IMG/VR virus record: IMGVR_UViG_3300012952_000002
Span: 1 to 56,771 of that record
Strand: one strand, 5' to 3'
Source of the DNA: a virus
Taxonomy: Duplodnaviria > Caudoviricetes
DNA length: 56,771 nucleotides
The notes below the pieces were generated by a model. It ran no database searches. It was not told where the DNA came from and saw nothing but the letters and a program-made list of their open reading frames with translations. Every line of letters starts with the position of its first letter. Position 1 is the first letter of the stretch. Shown piece after piece: positions 55,840-56,771 of this stretch. Position numbers and translations under genes: made by a program.

Positions 55840-56771
55840 AAGCTAAGATAGTTAATCCACCTGCTCCTCTACGCCAACGGGACGTACCAGAAATAGACGC
55901 TGCTCTCCACACTAAATAGTATTTATCGTTGGATGTTGGTGTGCCAAATTGAAATTGCACCGCACCATTTGTACTGATGTTATTATCACCATCTATTATA
56001 ACTTGTGTGCCATTTGGGTTTCCCCCAATGCTATCCCCTTCTGAGAAAGTAGATGTTGACTTATGAATTGCTAAAAACAAATCAGTATCACTTCCATTGT
56101 TTATAACAAGAAAATTTATTGTACCTATACAAGTTACTGCTGTAGGAAAAGGAGAAGAAAAAGCAGCAGGACTGCTATAAACACCTACTACTCTCCATGT
56201 AGTATTAACTAATTCAGTAGCATTATAATTTGAAGCGCCTACACCATTAAATCCTATTGCACTCCATTGATTAGTTACAGGTACAGTAACTGCATTCCCT
56301 GCAATTGCTAGTGTATTTACTGAAGCATTATCTATAAAAGCTCCTGCAATCGTCCCGTTAGCAGACAAAACAGCATTAGTACCATTAGTTAAATCATTTT
56401 GAGTTGGATAAATTTCTAATGCAGATAGTTTAGCTGTATTGGCGTGCATCACACCACTAGCATCAATACTAAAACTTCCAGTACGAGTATTAGAATTACT
56501 AATTGTCCATTTAGCAGGGTTCTGATGCGTAATCTTCCAAGCGTTAAATGTACCTGACCCTGTTGTTCGTACTGGTTTATAAGTTAGTGTGCCTCCTGAA
56601 AACGTAACAACACGTACATCCATATACACTGCAGTATTAGCATCAGGCACACAACGTAACGTTTCTCCTGCATTATAAGTAGGAGTAGGCGTACCTGTAA
56701 TAGCAAACGTTGAGTTAGCTCCACTACCAGCCAAAGCACGAGAAGTAGTAGACGTAGTTAATCCTTTATTC
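55829..56771 (-). CDS. 3' part of the DUF1983-like tail protein that starts at 1208
   Basis: Frame stays open through the window end and the 123-bp overlap; LAIAGNAVTVP motif. Confidence 0.85.
   Translation of the reverse strand, partial: NKGLTTSTTSRALAGSGANSTFAITGTPTPTYNAGETLRCVPDANTAVYMDVRVVTFSGGTLTYKPVRTTGSGTFNAWKITHQNPAKWTISNSNTRTGSFSIDASGVMHANTAKLSALEIYPTQNDLTNGTNAVLSANGTIAGAFIDNASVNTLAIAGNAVTVPVTNQWSAIGFNGVGASNYNATELVNTTWRVVGVYSSPAAFSSPFPTAVTCIGTINFLVINNGSDTDLFLAIHKSTSTFSEGDSIGGNPNGTQVIIDGDNNISTNGAVQFQFGTPTSNDKYYLVWRAASISGTSRWRRGAGGLTILASKR
56649..56771. repeat. Terminal direct repeat, copy 2
   Basis: Identical to 1-123. Confidence 0.95.

Overview
This window looks like a complete, circularly permuted dsDNA tailed-phage genome of 56,648 bp. 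Bases 1-123 repeat exactly at 56649-56771 and fall inside a gene, consistent with an assembly overlap. It has two arms. The minus arm (33812 to 1, continuing 56648 to 55829) carries podovirus-type packaging and virion genes: terS/terL, P22-like portal, scaffold, six small Lys/Arg-rich proteins, major capsid, adaptors, large internal/ejection proteins, tail fibres, a 2OG-Fe(II) oxygenase, and a DUF1983-like tail protein spanning the junction. The plus arm (34090-55839) carries small early ORFs, an SNF2-like helicase, family-A DNA polymerase, a CsrA-like protein, primase/SF3 helicase, nucleases and a lysis cassette. I saw no integrase, repressor, RNA polymerase, tRNA or CRISPR array. The most unusual content is non-coding. 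(i) The A/C-rich early region (34.0-37.9 kb) has small ORFs separated by two families of repeated hairpins, one with covarying stems around a conserved 16-nt loop. (ii) There is an inverted-iteron origin candidate. (iii) A promoter/terminator-bounded sRNA candidate is complementary to the primase RBS and carries a CsrA-type site. (iv) Structured leaders precede the capsid, helicase and polymerase genes. Two internal virion protein candidates share a TonB-box-like motif. All family names come from motif recognition by eye; no searches or folding programs were run.
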